This document shows positions 38,913 through 41,553 of a stretch of DNA of 41,553 nucleotides, in pieces (the first letter of the stretch is position 1; the number at the start of each line of letters is the position of its first letter). The translations under genes and the position numbers were made by a program. The notes beneath the pieces are model-generated. The model was not told the DNA's origin and ran no database searches. It saw only the letters and a program-made list of their open reading frames with translations. Where the stretch lies: positions 1-41,553 of the forward strand of contig JBHJMP010000118.1 of the NCBI GenBank assembly GCA_043381765.1, written 5' to 3'. Source of the stretch: Collodictyon triciliatum. Taxonomy: Eukaryota.

Positions 38913-41313
38913 AGGTGTTTGCAAGGTACATCAGCGCACAGATATGATAATAACTATACTGATTGTTATCATCATTGTCGCCGAATGTAACCATCGTATA
39001 TCGCAAACACCACCCGGATGTCATCACCAAGATGAATGCTTACTGCAGGAAGGAAAAATAACATAAAAATAATCAAATGAACCATCGGCGGCTTCTCGGG
39101 TGGGGGCGCAGCCTTCTTGAGCTTCTTGCCGGCCTGGATTTGCGCAAGAAGGGCGTTGCGGTTGTCGTCGGCAGGCGGGGCAGCCGATCCTGCGGCCATC
39201 GGGGCAGACGCGGCCTTCATCAGAGGTGGCGGGGGCGGCGGTGGGGCTCCACCCATCATGGGCGGGGGCGGCGGAGGCGGCGGAGCTCCACTCATCATGG
39301 GCGGCGGGGGCGGCGGGGGCGGAGCTCCTCCAGCAGAGGCAGAAGCGGCAGCCTGGCTCTCGAGCTGCTGGATGCGACTCTGCGCCTTCTCGAGCTGCTC
39401 TTCGGTGCGCTGCAGCTTTGCAAGCAGGTCGGCCGAGCCCGGTACTGAAGCCGAGGTGGACGCGGTCGAGGGCGGAGCAGCTGCGGTCGGTGTGGCTGAC
39501 TTCTGTAGTGGGCCGTTGAATGTGGTGAGTCGCATGTCACGGCATCTGCTATTGCTGCTGCTAATCCGTACAAAGCGCACGAAGCCTCATGGAGAAGATA
39601 CAAGAGAATACAACGGCTGGTAACATTTTTTTTTTTTATTTTTTACAAAAATAACTTATTCTTACCTTTTCAGCTTCGAGCTTTTTGACTTTCTCCTCCA
39701 AAACGGCCTTTTGCTATGATTTGGCACGTGCGTTTAGATCTGAGAGTTGGTCTCGATTGTGGTGTATTTAGGATACAAGCAAGGGTTTCGGTAGAGGATA
39801 AACCTGGCGTGCTTCATCGCGCTCGGCTGTGGTGGTCTTCAGGCGCTGTTGTGATGAGCACGCGTTAGTATTCTGAGCAAATATACGAACACACAAATGA
39901 CAGAACATGTGGCTGAAAGACTGCGAAATAATATTCGCGATGGTGTCAATGAAATCACACCCCTTCGGCTGAGCTCAATTGAGTGGTGGCTTCTTTCAGC
40001 TTCTGTATAGTTTTATTTTTATAATGTATGCAAAAAAAATCAATACAAGGGATAAATTTCTTTTTTTTTAAAAAAAAAATGATGGTGATGTAGGCAGCTT
40101 TACCCGGTCGGCCTCGGTGCGGGCTTCCTCATTTGATTTGGAATCCTTGTGTTCAGAAAGTAATATCAATGTGCATTTATTAAAGATTGATTGGTATATT
40201 ATGACATAAAGTGATGATCATTTGCAGATGTCATTAATGAGAGCAAAATGGACTATGATTTTTTTCCCATTATTCGATTCAAAGAAAATGGACTATGATA
40301 ATCATACTTATAATTACAGCAATACAATGTAATTTGAATACAGATGAGGAAATTGAGAATTCCAAACTGTCATGTATGAATGTCAGCAAATCTACCTGGG
40401 ATTGGCTCGCACGAAGGGATTGAACTTCAGAGTTTTTCTACATTCCCAACAAAAACATCAAAAGTATGTGGGGTAGAAAATGATAAAAGTAGAAAAGGGA
40501 GCGAATGGATGATGACTTCACTCAGAATTTGGATACATCGCCAAATAAGTCATACTAGAAGACATATAGGATTTTCAATCACTCACCTTTTCAAAATCAA
40601 GTTTTATTGCATCCAAATCCTTTGTTTTCTGTTTTTATCATATGTTAGTATATTAGTGTATGATTTTGTTTTTCTTGGGAACAATTTTGCCAAAGGGGAA
40701 AAAAACATTCGCAAATTCCAAAGGTGAAAAATGAACATACCTTTTCAAGGTCAGTCTTGAGCAGCTCCGACTTTTTGGATGACTTTGTTGGGAAGAATGT
40801 GTATTGGACGAGGAAAAATGAAAATGAAAATTGGCAATATGTTAGATAATAATACGATACTCGAATGTTAAAACGCTATTACTTGGAGTGTAATTGTACA
40901 TTTTTATTCATGTGACGATAACAAGCGCAGGTTGAAGTTTTTGAATTTACTTCATTCATTTGATCATCATAAATACCTCTGTTGCCTCACTTTTCAGCTT
41001 CGAAATTTCACCAGTAAGCTTTCGATTGAATAATAATTAATTCAGGGCCCCGTATAGGTAATCGCAATCGGAGAAACTCATCCAGTAATATTATTATTAT
41101 TTATTTAACTTTTGCAAATCGCGAATAAGAAAAACCTTCTCAACACTTTCTTGACTTTGAGATAGCTCCTTCTTTTTCTAAAAAAAATAATAATGATTAA
41201 ATCAGTAGGAAGAAGGAAACACAACTATAAAAAAAAAAAAAGCTTCATAAAGTTGAAGCTCAAGGTTTTACATTTTCTATCTCAGATCGCAGAGACTCTA
41301 ACTCGCGCTTGGA
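38647..41313 (-). CDS. Coiled-coil / polyproline / WH2 protein, 5' end outside the window; ten micro-exons followed by exons 39502-39083 and 38787-38647
   Basis: Heptad-patterned micro-exons, then [12 protein letters not shown] repeats, WH2 [18 protein letters not shown], and a terminal exon ending [22 protein letters not shown]. Confidence 0.85.
38801..38909. repeat. (GA)n / (GAGAAAGA)n intronic microsatellite
   Basis: Directly visible. Confidence 0.95.
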
Positions 41314-41553
41314 CTAAAACAGTAAATTGTTTTTTTTAAAAAAAAAATAATTATTCACGTGCTTTAGAAAGTGTTAAACATTTAATTTTCATAAACGTGA
41401 TTACATTTCACAAAAGCTTGCTCGTAACATGGGCTGGTTATGAAAATCAAGAAGGAAAGGGGGGGGGGGGGGGGGGGGGGAGAAAAGGAAAAAAAGAAGA
41501 GGAATGCGCCCCCCCCCCCCCAAAAAAAAGAAAAAAAAAAAAAAAAAAAAAAA

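Noticed and set aside
41459-41521. Poly-G and poly-C tracts that could pair as a hairpin
   Set aside because: Homopolymers are abundant in this sequence and this lies in low-complexity DNA at the window edge; no specific support.

Overview
Intron-rich eukaryotic DNA, probably a protist (taxon not determinable). It uses the standard code (TAA, TAG and TGA all end genes), almost all introns are GT-AG, there are many microsatellites and two N-gaps. Most ORF-track entries are shadows, so genes were rebuilt by hand from splice sites. In order: (1) an exon of a partial RRM-like gene (-); (2) GTP cyclohydrolase I (-); (3) a large single-pass surface protein with signal peptide, IPT/TIG repeats, REJ and a GPS-like motif (-); (4) an RA-like / C4 zinc-ribbon / Pro-rich / WH2 protein (-); (5) a Roco gene (LRR-ROC-COR-kinase-SAM-like-LRR, -) carrying two +1 frameshifts and a solo-LTR-like insertion; (6) MPP10 (+); (7) a coiled-coil / polyPro / WH2-C-A protein resembling an Arp2/3 nucleation-promoting factor with no recognisable WASP-family N-terminus (-); (8) a coiled-coil / polyPro / WH2 protein whose rod is encoded by ten consecutive phase-0 exons, nine of exactly 42 nt and one of 42 or 48 nt (-). 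The most notable signals are the 42-nt (two-heptad) exon array, the hidden WCA protein, the clustering of three different WH2 proteins, and an LTR that could be spliced out of the Roco gene in frame. Domain calls come from motif recognition by eye; no searches were run.
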